A stretch of 27,131 bases of DNA, taken from contig JAYSWN010000124.1 in NCBI GenBank assembly GCA_043718025.1, positions 1 to 27,131 on the forward strand, in the 5' to 3' direction. This DNA comes from Pseudomonadota bacterium (lineage in GTDB: Bacteria; Bdellovibrionota; FAC87; UBA2466). Every line of letters begins with the position of its first letter. The first letter of the stretch is position 1. The notes beneath the pieces were generated by a model, which saw only the letters and a program-made list of their open reading frames with translations, ran no database searches and had not been told where the DNA came from. Of this stretch, positions 1 through 9,952 are shown one piece after another. The translations under genes and the position numbers were made by a program.

Positions 1-1682
1 CCGTGTTTGAAGCCTTTGCGCTTACCGTGCCCGATTCTCCGGGCGCCGAAGTGCTTAAGAAAGCGGCCACGTTTGCCTACAAAGCCCACGTGTTTCCCGC
101 TATCGATCGTGAAGCGCATCGCAAACTGCGTGAAGTGGCCGACGTCGTCGCCATTGACGTGTTTGCTAATAATCTTAAAAAATTATTGCTGGCCTCACCT
201 TACGGTCCGAAAGCGGTTTTAGGCTTAGATCCTGGCATACGTTCCGGCTGCAAGCTGGCAATGGTGGATGAAGCCGGAAAATTTGTCTCCAACCAGGTAA
301 TACAGATTCAGAGCGACGTTGAAAAAGAGAAGGCCAAAGCGGCATTGACCGAGCTACTGGGCAAACACGAAATTAGCGCCATTGCGATTGGCAATGGTAC
401 CGGTGGGCGGGAAGCCGCAACCTTTGTTCGGCAGGTGCTTAAAGACCTGGGTAAAACCGTGCTCGTGCAGATGGTGAATGAAGCCGGCGCCAGCGTTTAC
501 AGTGCCAGCGAAAATGCGCGCGAAGAGTTTGCCAATTTAGACATCACCGTTCGCGGCGCCATTTCCATTGCCCGCCGGCTACAAGATCCCTTGGCCGAGC
601 TGGTAAAAATTGAGCCCAAGAGCATCGGCGTCGGCCAGTATCAGCACGACGTGGCCCCGCACGCCTTAAAAAAGGGGCTGGAGTTCGTAGTCGACACTTG
701 CGTGAACTCAGTCGGAGTCAATTTAAATACCGCTTCATACCACTTGCTGGCTCGTGTTTCCGGCATTGGGCCCGGTTTAGCGAAGAGCATCGTAAATTTT
801 CGCCAAGAAAAAGGGCTTTTCAAGTCTCGCGCGGCGCTTTTGGAAGTTCCTTATTTTTCGGGCAAGGCTTTCGAACAAGCGGCGGGTTTCTTGCGTGTCC
901 CCGAATCCGAAAATCCTTTAGACAATACGGGCGTGCATCCTGAACGTTACGAGACGCTGCAAAAATTTGCCGAGCGGACCAGCCGCACGGTGCTGCAGTT
1001 GGTGGGCAGTGAAAGCGCTAAGGCGTTGAAGAGTGACGAATCTCTGCTGGCCGAGATGGGTGAATTCACCCTTGCCGACGTGATCAAAGAGCTGGAGAAG
1101 CCAGGTCGCGACCCGCGCGAATCCTTTGTTCCCTTTAGCTACAAAGAGGGGGTTTACGAACTAAAAGATCTTCAGGTCGGTATGGAGCTGCCGGGTGTGG
1201 TGACCAACGTTACCAACTTTGGTGCGTTCGTCGATGTCGGCGTTCATCAAGACGGTTTGGTGCATTTGTCGCAGCTGAGCAATCGGTTTGTGAAAGATCC
1301 TAAAGAGGTAGTGGAACCTGGCGATCGCGTTAACGTGCGCGTGCTTGAAGTTGATTTAGTTAAAAAGCAGATCGCGCTGTCGATGAAGCCGGTCATGGCC
1401 CCGCGCGAAGCGCGCGAGCCACGACGGGATAATCGCCCGCAAGGCGGGTCTCGGCCCCAAGGCAATCGGCCGGCGCAAGGGGCTCGGCCCCAAGGTGGCC
1501 AAGGCAACGGGCAGCGACCCCATCAAGGGGGCGGCCATCAGGGAGCCAGTAGGAATAATCGAGGCGCACCGCCTCCGCGCGACAATCGGCCTCCGCCGCC
1601 TCCTCGTCCTAAGTTCGCCAGCAACCCATTTGCGGTGCTCGCGGCTTTGAAAAATCAGGGTAAAGAAAACGATAAGAAGTAG
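1..1682 (+). CDS. tex: Tex/YhgF RNA-binding transcriptional accessory protein (5'-partial)
   Basis: YqgF-like domain (LGLDPGIRSGCKLA, IAIGNGT, VNEAGASVYSAS), RGAISIARRLQDPLAELVKI, HhH (VSGIGPGLA) and S1 domain (GVVTNVTNFGAFVDVGVHQDGLVHLSQL). The frame is open at the window edge. Confidence 0.96.
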   Translation, partial: VFEAFALTVPDSPGAEVLKKAATFAYKAHVFPAIDREAHRKLREVADVVAIDVFANNLKKLLLASPYGPKAVLGLDPGIRSGCKLAMVDEAGKFVSNQVIQIQSDVEKEKAKAALTELLGKHEISAIAIGNGTGGREAATFVRQVLKDLGKTVLVQMVNEAGASVYSASENAREEFANLDITVRGAISIARRLQDPLAELVKIEPKSIGVGQYQHDVAPHALKKGLEFVVDTCVNSVGVNLNTASYHLLARVSGIGPGLAKSIVNFRQEKGLFKSRAALLEVPYFSGKAFEQAAGFLRVPESENPLDNTGVHPERYETLQKFAERTSRTVLQLVGSESAKALKSDESLLAEMGEFTLADVIKELEKPGRDPRESFVPFSYKEGVYELKDLQVGMELPGVVTNVTNFGAFVDVGVHQDGLVHLSQLSNRFVKDPKEVVEPGDRVNVRVLEVDLVKKQIALSMKPVMAPREAREPRRDNRPQGGSRPQGNRPAQGARPQGGQGNGQRPHQGGGHQGASRNNRGAPPPRDNRPPPPPRPKFASNPFAVLAALKNQGKENDKK

Positions 1683-1699
1683 CACCGCTCTGGCGGGCG

Positions 1700-3712
1700 C
1701 TAAATTTTTTCGCGCCGCTCTTGAGTGGTCCGCTTTGGCCGGTAGCCGACGGTCTGTCCCGCTCCATTCGGAGTAGGAATGCGGTGGTGCATGTCGCGTG
1801 CATCACGATTGGCGCGATCGCGGCGTTGCTGCAAGGCTTCTTTAGGCGGGTGCGCCGGTATTAAAGTATCACAGCCATTACCAATTAAGTCGTGGCGACC
1901 GGTCCGCTCCAAGGCCTCGCGCACTTCAAAATAATTTTCAGGTTTAAAGAACTGCAGTAAGGCGCGTTGCAGTTTGCGGTCATTCAACTTTGTAGCCACT
2001 TCGACCGGCTTCTTTGTGAATGGATCCAGCCCGGTGTAATACATGCAGGTGGCGATATCAAAAGGAGCAGGAATAAAATCTTGAACCTGATCTGGTTTGT
2101 AACCGTTTCGCTTTAAGTAAATCGCAAGCTCGATCATCGAGTCGAGGCTGGAGCCTGGGTGGCCAGAAATAAAATAAGGTACGAGATACTGTTCTTTGTT
2201 TACCTTCTTTGAGGCTTTATCAAACTCCGTAGCAAAACCCGTAAAATTCTCGATACTCGGCTTCTTCATCAGGTTTAACACACCATCGCTGGCGTGCTCC
2301 GGCGCCACCTTAAGGTGGCCACCCACGTGGTGGGCCGCCAACTCTTCCAAGTATTCGGGATCAAGCTGGGCTAAATCCATGCGGATACCACTAGCCACAA
2401 ACGTGCGTTTAATTCCGCGCTGGGTACGAATGGACTTCATCAATTTTTTTAAGGGCTCATGGCTCGTCTTAAGCAGCGGGCAAATCGTGGGATGAACGCA
2501 GCTCAAACGGCGGCAGCTGCTTTCGGTCTTTGGGTCGCTACAACGCATTTCGTACATGTTGGCCGTAGGGCCACCGATGTCGCTGATGACCCCTTTAAAG
2601 TCTTTGGACGCCGCCAATGCCGTAACTTCGCGAACCACCGACTCTTGCGATCGCGACTGAATGATGCGGCCTTGGTGCGTAGTAATTGAGCAGAACGTGC
2701 AGCCACCGAAACAGCCGCGCATGATCGTCACCGAATCTTTGATCATTTCGAACGCCGGAATTTTCTCGCTGTAGCTGGGGTGCGCCTTTCGTAAATAGGG
2801 CAAATCGTAGATGCGATCCATCTCCTGCTGCGACAGCGGAAGGTCGGGTGGATTCACCACCACTTTTCGATCGCCATCGGTCTGCACCAGCACTTTGGCG
2901 TTAAACGGATTGGTGTGGGTGTGAATGAGGCGCGTGGCTTCGGCAAATTGAGCCTTATCGGTCTTTACGGCTTCGAAACTGGGAATGAGTAGCGGCGCGA
3001 AGTCGGCATTGTCGCGCGCGGCCTGGCTGAGTGGTCGCAGACTTTCCGGAATTTCTATTGGTAGCTCTTCTTTGGCCCCCAGCGCGTAAGCCACCCCGCG
3101 AATGTCGCGAAGCTGTTTTACCGTTGCCCCCAGTTGCAAGCGCTTTGCGATCTCACGAATTGGCCGCTCGCCCATGCCGTAAACAATGAGATCCGCCTTA
3201 GCGTCGAGCAAGATCGATCGCTTAACCGTATCGCTCCAGTAATCGTAATGGGCCATGCGCCGTAACGACGCTTCGACTCCTCCGGCAATCACCGGCACTC
3301 CTGGAAACGCCTCGCGCGCGCGCTGGCAGTAAGCCAGGGTGGCGCGATCGGGACGGAGGCCAATTTTTCCGCCGGGCGAATATGCGTCATCGTTTCTTAC
3401 TTTTTTATTTGCGGTGTAGTGATTGATGAGCGAGTCCATGTTGCCGGCACTCACTCCGAAAAAAAGGCGGGGTTTGCCAAACTGTTTCCACGGTTCACTA
3501 CTGCGCCAGTCGGGCTGACTTAAGATGGCAACGCGATACCCTTGGGCTTCTAGCACCCGGCCAATGATGGCCATGGCGAAGCTCGGGTGATCGACGTAGG
3601 CGTCGCCGGTGACAAAAACCACATCAACGTAATCCCACCCGCGCGCGGCCATATCCGCGGCGGTCATCGGCAAGAAAGCTGGGGCTGTTTTTTTCGCTTC
3701 GGGGAACGCCAT
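1700..3712 (-). CDS. ygiQ: YgiQ family radical SAM protein (UPF0313)
   Basis: [31 protein letters not shown], CxxxCxxC motif [36 protein letters not shown]. Start placed at ATG 3712; the ORF track extends to 3763. Confidence 0.93.
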   Translation of the reverse strand: MAFPEAKKTAPAFLPMTAADMAARGWDYVDVVFVTGDAYVDHPSFAMAIIGRVLEAQGYRVAILSQPDWRSSEPWKQFGKPRLFFGVSAGNMDSLINHYTANKKVRNDDAYSPGGKIGLRPDRATLAYCQRAREAFPGVPVIAGGVEASLRRMAHYDYWSDTVKRSILLDAKADLIVYGMGERPIREIAKRLQLGATVKQLRDIRGVAYALGAKEELPIEIPESLRPLSQAARDNADFAPLLIPSFEAVKTDKAQFAEATRLIHTHTNPFNAKVLVQTDGDRKVVVNPPDLPLSQQEMDRIYDLPYLRKAHPSYSEKIPAFEMIKDSVTIMRGCFGGCTFCSITTHQGRIIQSRSQESVVREVTALAASKDFKGVISDIGGPTANMYEMRCSDPKTESSCRRLSCVHPTICPLLKTSHEPLKKLMKSIRTQRGIKRTFVASGIRMDLAQLDPEYLEELAAHHVGGHLKVAPEHASDGVLNLMKKPSIENFTGFATEFDKASKKVNKEQYLVPYFISGHPGSSLDSMIELAIYLKRNGYKPDQVQDFIPAPFDIATCMYYTGLDPFTKKPVEVATKLNDRKLQRALLQFFKPENYFEVREALERTGRHDLIGNGCDTLIPAHPPKEALQQRRDRANRDARDMHHRIPTPNGAGQTVGYRPKRTTQERREKI

Positions 3713-3828
3713 GGGCCCGTTTAGATACCTGATTTCGCTGAGAAAAGGGGAAGAAAGTGGCAAACGATTTGAAATCGCAAGGGAAAATTCTGTGCGGCCT
3801 CATGCAAAATCGGTAGAGTGCAGCCTGC

Positions 3829-4821
3829 ATGACTAAGTTCACCGATTTTTCACACCTACTGCCCGAACAAATTTTTGATGCCGCCGAGATCATGGGGGGG
3901 CGGGCAACGGGTCGTTTTCAAGCTCTAAACGCCATGGAAAATCGCGTTTACGATGTGGAGTTTGAAGACAAGAGCCACGTTATTTTAAAATTCTACCGGC
4001 CAGGCCGTTGGTCGAAAGAGACCATCGAATCCGAACACCGGTATTTGGATCTGGCCTTAGAAGCAGAGATTCCCGTAGTTCCCCCGCTAAAAAAGAATGG
4101 GGTTTCCATCTTTGTAGCGGAGGGCGGGGTTTTTTTTACCCTGTTTCCTAAGAAACCGGGACGTCTTGAGCCAGAGCTAAATCAAGAGCAGCTCACTCGC
4201 TTAGGAAGGTACTTGGCGCGTCTTCATCAGGTCGGGCTTGAGATGGAAAACGTCCCCCGTATTTCGCTAACGCCGAAAACCTACGGCATGGATTCTCTAG
4301 ATTACATCACCTCGCAAGATCTTCTGGCGCCGGGGTTGAAGGGCCGCTACGAATATTTGGTAAAAAATATTGTTGAAAGGGTCACGCCGCTTTTTCAGGC
4401 GGGCTTTTCTCAAAGTTTGGTGCATGGCGATTGCCACGCGGGAAATATTTTGTGGAATGGAGACGAGCCGTTCTTTATCGACTTCGACGACATGCTTTTT
4501 GCGCCGCCCATTCAAGATTGTTGGATGTTAATTGGCGGCGATGATGAATACGCTTTAAAGAACCAGCAGGTGTTGCTTGAAGCTTACGAAGAGATTCGGC
4601 CATTTGATCGGCGCTCACTTATTTTAATGGAACCTCTGCGCGCGCTGCGCATTATCTATTTTGCGGCGTGGATTGCCCGTCGGCGTGAAGATGGTGCCTT
4701 TAAATTGGCGTTTCCACACTTCGGTACTGAGCGTTATTGGCAAGAGCAGATTGAAATTCTATCGAGCCAGCTTGAACGAATTGAGCGCCAAATCGAAGAC
4801 TGGAAGAACCGACAGAATTAA
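3829..4821 (+). CDS. srkA: Stress response Ser/Thr kinase SrkA/RdoA/YihE (APH fold)
   Basis: LNAMENRVY, KFYRPGRWS, catalytic HGDCHAGNILW, FIDFDD, EPLRALR, AFPHFG-ERYW are typical of the SrkA family. Confidence 0.92.
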   Translation: MTKFTDFSHLLPEQIFDAAEIMGGRATGRFQALNAMENRVYDVEFEDKSHVILKFYRPGRWSKETIESEHRYLDLALEAEIPVVPPLKKNGVSIFVAEGGVFFTLFPKKPGRLEPELNQEQLTRLGRYLARLHQVGLEMENVPRISLTPKTYGMDSLDYITSQDLLAPGLKGRYEYLVKNIVERVTPLFQAGFSQSLVHGDCHAGNILWNGDEPFFIDFDDMLFAPPIQDCWMLIGGDDEYALKNQQVLLEAYEEIRPFDRRSLILMEPLRALRIIYFAAWIARRREDGAFKLAFPHFGTERYWQEQIEILSSQLERIERQIEDWKNRQN

Positions 4822-4871
4822 CTGCCACCTCGGGCGTGGCATTCACGCCATCGCCGTGACCGGCCTCGCCT

Positions 4872-6032
4872 TTAATTGTTTCGCCAGTATTTCAGCAAGC
4901 ACTGGAAGTCTAACTGCATCACCACCGGAAAGTGATCGGAGGGATTCTGTTTTCTCTCTTCGTAGGTGTTGGGAAGCGGTTTTATTTTTCCTGCCGCATC
5001 TTTGTAGCGGTGTACGTACGCCGATTTAATGCAGGCCTTGATGTTGCGGCTGACCAGTAGGTAGTCGACCTGGTTCCATTTAGTTTCGGCGTCGCGGGGG
5101 TGGTAGGTGTGCGTGACGCGATCGTGGTTGCTTACGTTTAAATCGTTAAAGGGGTCATCCATGTCTAAAGCCTTACGCATGTTGGCGAAGGCCTCTTCTT
5201 TGTTGTAATTGCCGTTGAAGTCGCCGGCCAAAATAATGGGTACCGCTTCACCGAGCTCCCGCTTTAGCGCATTGATAATTTCGACCGTGGCGTCAGCTTG
5301 TGCTTTGCGCAAAATCTCGGATTCAGGATCGTCGTCGCGATCGCGCTTGGATTTGTAATGAGTGCCAATGAAAACGACCAGCGGTTTTTTGTCGCCCTTG
5401 GCACGCACAATTAAGGTGGGCAGGTCACGAGTGAAAACTCTTTGTTTGTGTTGGGAAATGGGGTCTACCCAAGTTCGGGCGACGTGACTGCGGTATTCAA
5501 TCTCAAACGGCAGATCGTGCTTCAAATACATGCCTATTTGAATGCCGCGTGGGTCGTTTCCCTTCACCATCAACGGATCAAATTGGCCATTCAGGTAAAT
5601 CTCGTTGAAGGCGAGAAAGGACTCTTTGCCTTCCACTTCCTGAAAAACTCCGAGGTCCATCTTCTCTTCGAGAAGAAGCTTGGCTTGCTGTTCGCGAAAC
5701 ACATCTTCTTTTTTTCGTGGCCCTTTCAGTTGGTGAAGGCCGGTGGCCCCGCGCTCGAATTTTCCCACGTGCATTTCGAGGTTGAGCAGGTTGTAGGTGA
5801 TGAGATTGAGAACGCTAATCTCTTCAAGGCGACGCTGGCTCCCTAGAGAGTTGTTTTGTCGGGTTGGTGAATTTGATGGTTGGTTTGGTGGTTGGCTTTG
5901 GCCGTGGGATTTCGTCCGCGCTTGGTTGAGCTCATCGCTGCAACGGTTTCGTCTTCGTGACGCCTCCGCTTCAGAAGGCGAAAGAAAGCACACCACCGCA
6001 ACGCAGAGTAATCCCCAAATCTTGCTCTTCAC
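4872..6032 (-). CDS. Secreted endonuclease/exonuclease/phosphatase (EEP, DNase I-like) family protein
   Basis: EEP motifs TYNLLNL, FQEVE, GNDPRGIQIG, THYKSK, LAGDFN, QVDYLL, SDHFPV. Likely GTG start at 6032 after a GGGGGA RBS, followed by a signal peptide (KSKIWGLLCVAVVCFLSPSEAEA). Confidence 0.88.
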   Translation of the reverse strand: MKSKIWGLLCVAVVCFLSPSEAEASRRRNRCSDELNQARTKSHGQSQPPNQPSNSPTRQNNSLGSQRRLEEISVLNLITYNLLNLEMHVGKFERGATGLHQLKGPRKKEDVFREQQAKLLLEEKMDLGVFQEVEGKESFLAFNEIYLNGQFDPLMVKGNDPRGIQIGMYLKHDLPFEIEYRSHVARTWVDPISQHKQRVFTRDLPTLIVRAKGDKKPLVVFIGTHYKSKRDRDDDPESEILRKAQADATVEIINALKRELGEAVPIILAGDFNGNYNKEEAFANMRKALDMDDPFNDLNVSNHDRVTHTYHPRDAETKWNQVDYLLVSRNIKACIKSAYVHRYKDAAGKIKPLPNTYEERKQNPSDHFPVVMQLDFQCLLKYWRNN

Positions 6033-6156
6033 TTGTCCCCCAAATCCCCTAACTGCGGGTTTGCCGGGGGCGTCGTTCAGAGTCAAAAAGTGGGGCGCTT
6101 AGCGTTAACAAAACAATGCTGTTATGCGTTATAAGTCTTCACCATTTGTCGACGAT

Positions 6157-6795
6157 TTATAGGGTGAAACCGATACCCGCTTTAAAAAGGTGGATCGTGT
6201 TCGCGGCAAAGAATATTGAGTAGCCCAAAAAGATCTGATTTACGGGAGATTTAATGTCGTAAAAACGGGAAAGTTGAGCCGACGCAATCGGATGGGTAAT
6301 GCCGCGCGCGCCGGTCCAGGTTTGGGCGCCGCCGCCGATGTCTAAGCGCGTCTCGGGGTTTATTCTGGTGCGAAACATGAGCTCGTAATTAACCGAGAGA
6401 AAGAGATCGCCGAGCGAGTTTTTGGGCACCGACAGCCCAAAATCAAAGCGCATTTCGTAGCGATCAATTTTGAATTGCGGGGTCCACGAAAATTGTCCGG
6501 TGAAGCTGTTGCCGCCTCCGGCTTGGAGCAGAAAAAGTCCGTTGAGCTGAAAGGCAAAGATCTGCGAACGAACGTGCCCAACGTAGGGCGTGGGGGGGGT
6601 GGGCTCGCCACCAGTACCGTCGGCCCAACCATCGCTCGGGATTGGCGCATTGGATGGGCTGTTTACGTTGGGCGGCGAGACGGACTTGCTTCCCTCTTTG
6701 GCCGGCTCAGTTGGTGGAGGGGGTTCCGCTAAAGCCCAGTGCGGAAGGGTTAGTACCAACAGGAAAAAAAGGGGGACGACGCGTTTTAGGCTCAT
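6157..6795 (-). CDS. Hypothetical exported protein, probable small outer-membrane beta-barrel with a Pro-rich N-terminal linker
   Basis: Signal peptide (MSLKRVVPLFFLLVLTLPHWALA), Pro/Ser-rich segment, then amphipathic strands (FTGQFSWTP, MRFDFGLS, LSVNYEL, IFLGYS) ending KAGIGFTL. Confidence 0.6.
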   Translation of the reverse strand: MSLKRVVPLFFLLVLTLPHWALAEPPPPTEPAKEGSKSVSPPNVNSPSNAPIPSDGWADGTGGEPTPPTPYVGHVRSQIFAFQLNGLFLLQAGGGNSFTGQFSWTPQFKIDRYEMRFDFGLSVPKNSLGDLFLSVNYELMFRTRINPETRLDIGGGAQTWTGARGITHPIASAQLSRFYDIKSPVNQIFLGYSIFFAANTIHLFKAGIGFTL

Positions 6796-6854
6796 TTTGG
6801 GGGTCCTCAGCCAAGTTTGAGAGGCAGTTAGCCCCTTCTATTCTACATTTTTCA

Positions 6855-6883
6855 TTGCCCTAACCCTACCTTCTGATTAAACA
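6855..6883 (+). promoter_or_regulatory. Putative sigma70 promoter for ffs
   Basis: TTGCCC-17 nt-TAAACA just upstream of the SRP RNA. Confidence 0.4.
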
Positions 6884-6895
6884 AAGCTTACGTAT

Positions 6896-6990
6896 GGCTC
6901 GGCCCTGCGCGACAAATTCTTGTGAACCCCGTCAGGTCCGGAAGGAAGCAGCGGCAACAACGTAATTTGATGCCGCAGGTAACCCGAGCC
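6896..6990 (+). ncRNA. ffs: Signal recognition particle small (4.5S) RNA
   Basis: Conserved helix-8 core GTCAGGTCCGGAAGGAAGCAGC, closing stem GGCTCGG...CCGAGCC followed by a T-tract, and the canonical position upstream of dnaX. Confidence 0.95.
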
Positions 6991-7036
6991 TCTTTTTTTT
7001 CTCCGCATTAGTCTCCTAAGGCGCTAGTAATAGGTC

Positions 7037-8728
7037 ATGAGTTACTTAGCGATCGCTAGACAGTGGCGACCCCAGACTTTTGAAGACTTGGTTGGTCAGC
7101 CGCATGTAGTCCAAACGCTCAGAAACGCCATTCTTCAGTCGCGAGTTCATCACGCTTATTTATTTAGTGGTGCCCGGGGGATAGGGAAAACCTCGGCCGC
7201 CCGTATCTTTGCCAAAGCCCTGCGCTGTCCCAACGCCAAAGACGCCATTGCCTGTCAGGTGTGCTCTGAGTGTCAGGCTATCGCCGAAGGGCGGTCAGTA
7301 GACGTCATTGAAATCGATGGCGCCTCGAACAACGGCGTTGAAGCCGTGCGCGCGATTCGCGACAACGTGGTTTATAGCGCGGCCACCGGATTTTATAAGA
7401 TCTACATCATCGATGAAGTGCACATGCTCAGCGTGAGCGCTTTCAATGCTTTGCTCAAGACTTTGGAAGAGCCGCCCTCGCACGTGGTGTTTCTTTTTGC
7501 TACCACCGAAGCCCAAAAAATTCCGCTTACGGTGTTGGGACGCTGTCAGCGTTTTGAGTTTCGCCGGCTTTCTCAAGGGCTCATCATCGAGCGCCTCAAA
7601 TTAATTTTGATCGCCGAAAAGAAAGAGCTGTCTTGCGAAGGGCTGGGGTTGATTGCCTCTGGCGCCGATGGCAGCCTTCGTGATGCGCTGTCGCTGCTTG
7701 ACCAAGTGCTGTCCTATTCGGCCAACCTTGCGTTGCCTACCTTAGATGAAACGCATGTGATTTCGGCGTTGGGCATTAGTGAGAACCGCGCGATTTACGA
7801 GTTGGTGCAGGCGATTGTCGAGTCCGATAAAAAAAGCCTTCTCCGGCTTATCGGTGACCAGTTCGATCGCGGTGTGGATCTCAAGCACTTTACGGAGCGA
7901 TGTTATGAGGAGGTTCGGCTACTTTATTTAGTGCGACTCACGCAGAATGAAAAAGAGCTGGTAACCAACGACTTTTTAGATATTTCTCCGCATTCGCTGA
8001 CTCGGCTTAGTGATCTGGCAAAAAAAGTTTCGCTGATTCAAGTCGAGCGCATGGCGCAGATTTTTGCCAAAACGATCTCTGACTTGAACTGGAGCAGCTT
8101 GCCGCGTTTTGTTTTGGAGCTGGCCACGATTCGCATGAGCGAGTTGCAGGGGCTTGAGTCGGTGGTGTCACCGCCTAAGCCATCGCCACAACCCCACCAA
8201 CCAGGCACTAAGGCGGCTCCGGAGTTGAGCGCGACTAAGCCAGGGAAGCCGGAGAAGCTTGAGGCGCCGGTGCGGCCGGCAGCCTTGACCCCACCACCTG
8301 CGCCCGTAATTCCCCCGGCGCCGGTGGCCCCGCCGGCTCCGCTAGAAAAGAATTGGGAAAACTTTGCTGCCTTTGCATTAAAGAAAAAGCCTCGCATCGG
8401 GGCCCTTGCCGAGCACGCTAAGTTTGAACTTAAGAAGTCAGAAAATGGCGTTGTCTTACGGCTTCATTTCGAAGGCAGTTTCTACGAGCGGCAGGCCTCT
8501 GATCCCGAATTTAGAAAAGAGATGGAAGCGCTCGCCAACGAGTTTTTTGCGAGTCCGTCGCGGGTTTTGATTGGCGGCAGCGATAAGGCGCCCGAAAATA
8601 AAAGTTTAGAGGCGCACCGAAACGAAAAACATGAGCAGCTTAAGCGTGAGGCTTTAGAGCATCCGTTGGTGGTTGGTTTTAAAGAGGCGCTGGGAGCTGA
8701 AGTGATTGAAGCGCGGGTTGATAAATAG
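7037..8728 (+). CDS. dnaX: DNA polymerase III subunit gamma/tau
   Basis: MSYLAIARQWRPQTFEDLVGQ, Walker A GARGIGKT, Zn-binding Cys, EIDGASN, IIDEVHML, FNALLKTLEEPP, GSLRDALSLLDQ, then a Pro-rich linker and a C-terminal tau domain. Confidence 0.97.
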   Translation: MSYLAIARQWRPQTFEDLVGQPHVVQTLRNAILQSRVHHAYLFSGARGIGKTSAARIFAKALRCPNAKDAIACQVCSECQAIAEGRSVDVIEIDGASNNGVEAVRAIRDNVVYSAATGFYKIYIIDEVHMLSVSAFNALLKTLEEPPSHVVFLFATTEAQKIPLTVLGRCQRFEFRRLSQGLIIERLKLILIAEKKELSCEGLGLIASGADGSLRDALSLLDQVLSYSANLALPTLDETHVISALGISENRAIYELVQAIVESDKKSLLRLIGDQFDRGVDLKHFTERCYEEVRLLYLVRLTQNEKELVTNDFLDISPHSLTRLSDLAKKVSLIQVERMAQIFAKTISDLNWSSLPRFVLELATIRMSELQGLESVVSPPKPSPQPHQPGTKAAPELSATKPGKPEKLEAPVRPAALTPPPAPVIPPAPVAPPAPLEKNWENFAAFALKKKPRIGALAEHAKFELKKSENGVVLRLHFEGSFYERQASDPEFRKEMEALANEFFASPSRVLIGGSDKAPENKSLEAHRNEKHEQLKREALEHPLVVGFKEALGAEVIEARVDK

Positions 8729-8730
8729 GC

Positions 8731-9339
8731 ATGGCAACATTTGAAAAGATTGAAAGCACTTTAGGTGAGCTGGTTTCTGAGCTGAAGCGGCTGCCCGGCG
8801 TTGGTGAAAAAACCGCCACCCGCTTGGCGTACTTTATTCTACGTCAGCCTAAAGAGTTTGCGTCTGATTTGGCCAATGCCATTTCGCAGGCGCGCGAAAC
8901 GCTGCATAGCTGTGCTGAATGCTGCAACTTCAGCGAGACGCCGGTGTGCGAGATTTGTTCTGATCCCCAGCGCAGCACCGAGTCAATTTGCGTGGTCGAA
9001 GGCCCTTCCGATTTGGCGGCGCTTGAGAAGAGTAAGCAGTTTAAAGGTAAGTATCACGTATTACACGGAGCGTTATCCCCACTCGACGGCATGGATGAGA
9101 CCAAGCTAAAAATTGGGGAGTTGCAGTCGCGCCTTGAGGCCGGAGGGGTTAAGGAAGTTATCCTGGCCACCAACCCCACCGTAGAAGGTGACACGACGGC
9201 GTTGTATATCGCCCGCCTAATCAAATACAATGGCGTGAAGGTGAGTCGCATTGCGCATGGAATTCCGGTGGGGGCTGAGATCGAATATCTCGATAGCGCC
9301 ACGCTAGGAAAAGCGCTGCAAAACCGCGTCTCCCTGTAA
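8731..9339 (+). CDS. recR: Recombination mediator RecR
   Basis: HhH LPGVGEKTATRLA, C4 Zn finger, Toprim ICVVE..DL, EVILATNPTVEGDTTA, SRIAHGIPVG. Confidence 0.97.
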   Translation: MATFEKIESTLGELVSELKRLPGVGEKTATRLAYFILRQPKEFASDLANAISQARETLHSCAECCNFSETPVCEICSDPQRSTESICVVEGPSDLAALEKSKQFKGKYHVLHGALSPLDGMDETKLKIGELQSRLEAGGVKEVILATNPTVEGDTTALYIARLIKYNGVKVSRIAHGIPVGAEIEYLDSATLGKALQNRVSL

Positions 9340-9346
9340 GGCAACC

Positions 9347-9928
9347 ATGTCCTTTATCAACCATGCTGCTCGCGAAATTAACTGCAAGATCGTCTATTAC
9401 GGCCCTGGCTTGGGCGGAAAGACCACCAACTTGCAGTACATCTACAATCAGACGGCGCCCGACCAGAAGGGGCGGCTGGTCTCTTTAACCGGAGACACGG
9501 AGCGAACTCTGTTCTTCGATTTTCTACCGCTTAACATCGGTGAGATTCGCGGTTTTACTACGCGGTTTCATCTCTACACCGTACCCGGTCAGCATTTTTA
9601 TGATGCGAGCCGTCGCTTAGTGCTCAAGGGCGTAGACGGCGTCGTGTTCGTGGCTGATTCGCAAGTGGAGCGAATGGAAGAAAACCTCGAGAGCTTAAAA
9701 AATTTAGACGCCCATTTAAGAGAGCAGGGGTACGACCTGAATCACATCCCGTTTGTCTTCCAGTACAACAAACGCGACGTGCCCAATCCCATTCCCTCAA
9801 GCGTATTGCGTGAGCAGCTTAATACGTTTAACGCTCCCGAAATTGAGGCGGTGGCGGTGGATGGCCGTGGCGTGTTTGATACCTTAAAAGAGGTTTCAAA
9901 AGGGATTCTTCGTTCTTTGCGATCGTAG
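9347..9928 (+). CDS. mglA: Ras-like small GTPase MglA
   Basis: MSFIN..REINCKIVYYGPGLGGKTTNL, RTLFFDFLP, HLYTVPGQ, GVDGVVFVADSQ, QYNKRD; closely resembles myxobacterial/Bdellovibrio MglA and sits next to recR. Confidence 0.96.
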   Translation: MSFINHAAREINCKIVYYGPGLGGKTTNLQYIYNQTAPDQKGRLVSLTGDTERTLFFDFLPLNIGEIRGFTTRFHLYTVPGQHFYDASRRLVLKGVDGVVFVADSQVERMEENLESLKNLDAHLREQGYDLNHIPFVFQYNKRDVPNPIPSSVLREQLNTFNAPEIEAVAVDGRGVFDTLKEVSKGILRSLRS

Positions 9929-9952
9929 TAAAAAAAATTGGGGAGGCTACGC

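Noticed and set aside
8020..8027. A_AAA_AAA run in dnaX as a possible gamma-producing -1 frameshift site
   Set aside because: It falls at about residue 328, inside the collar domain and too early for a functional gamma subunit. No clear stimulatory hairpin or internal SD was seen.
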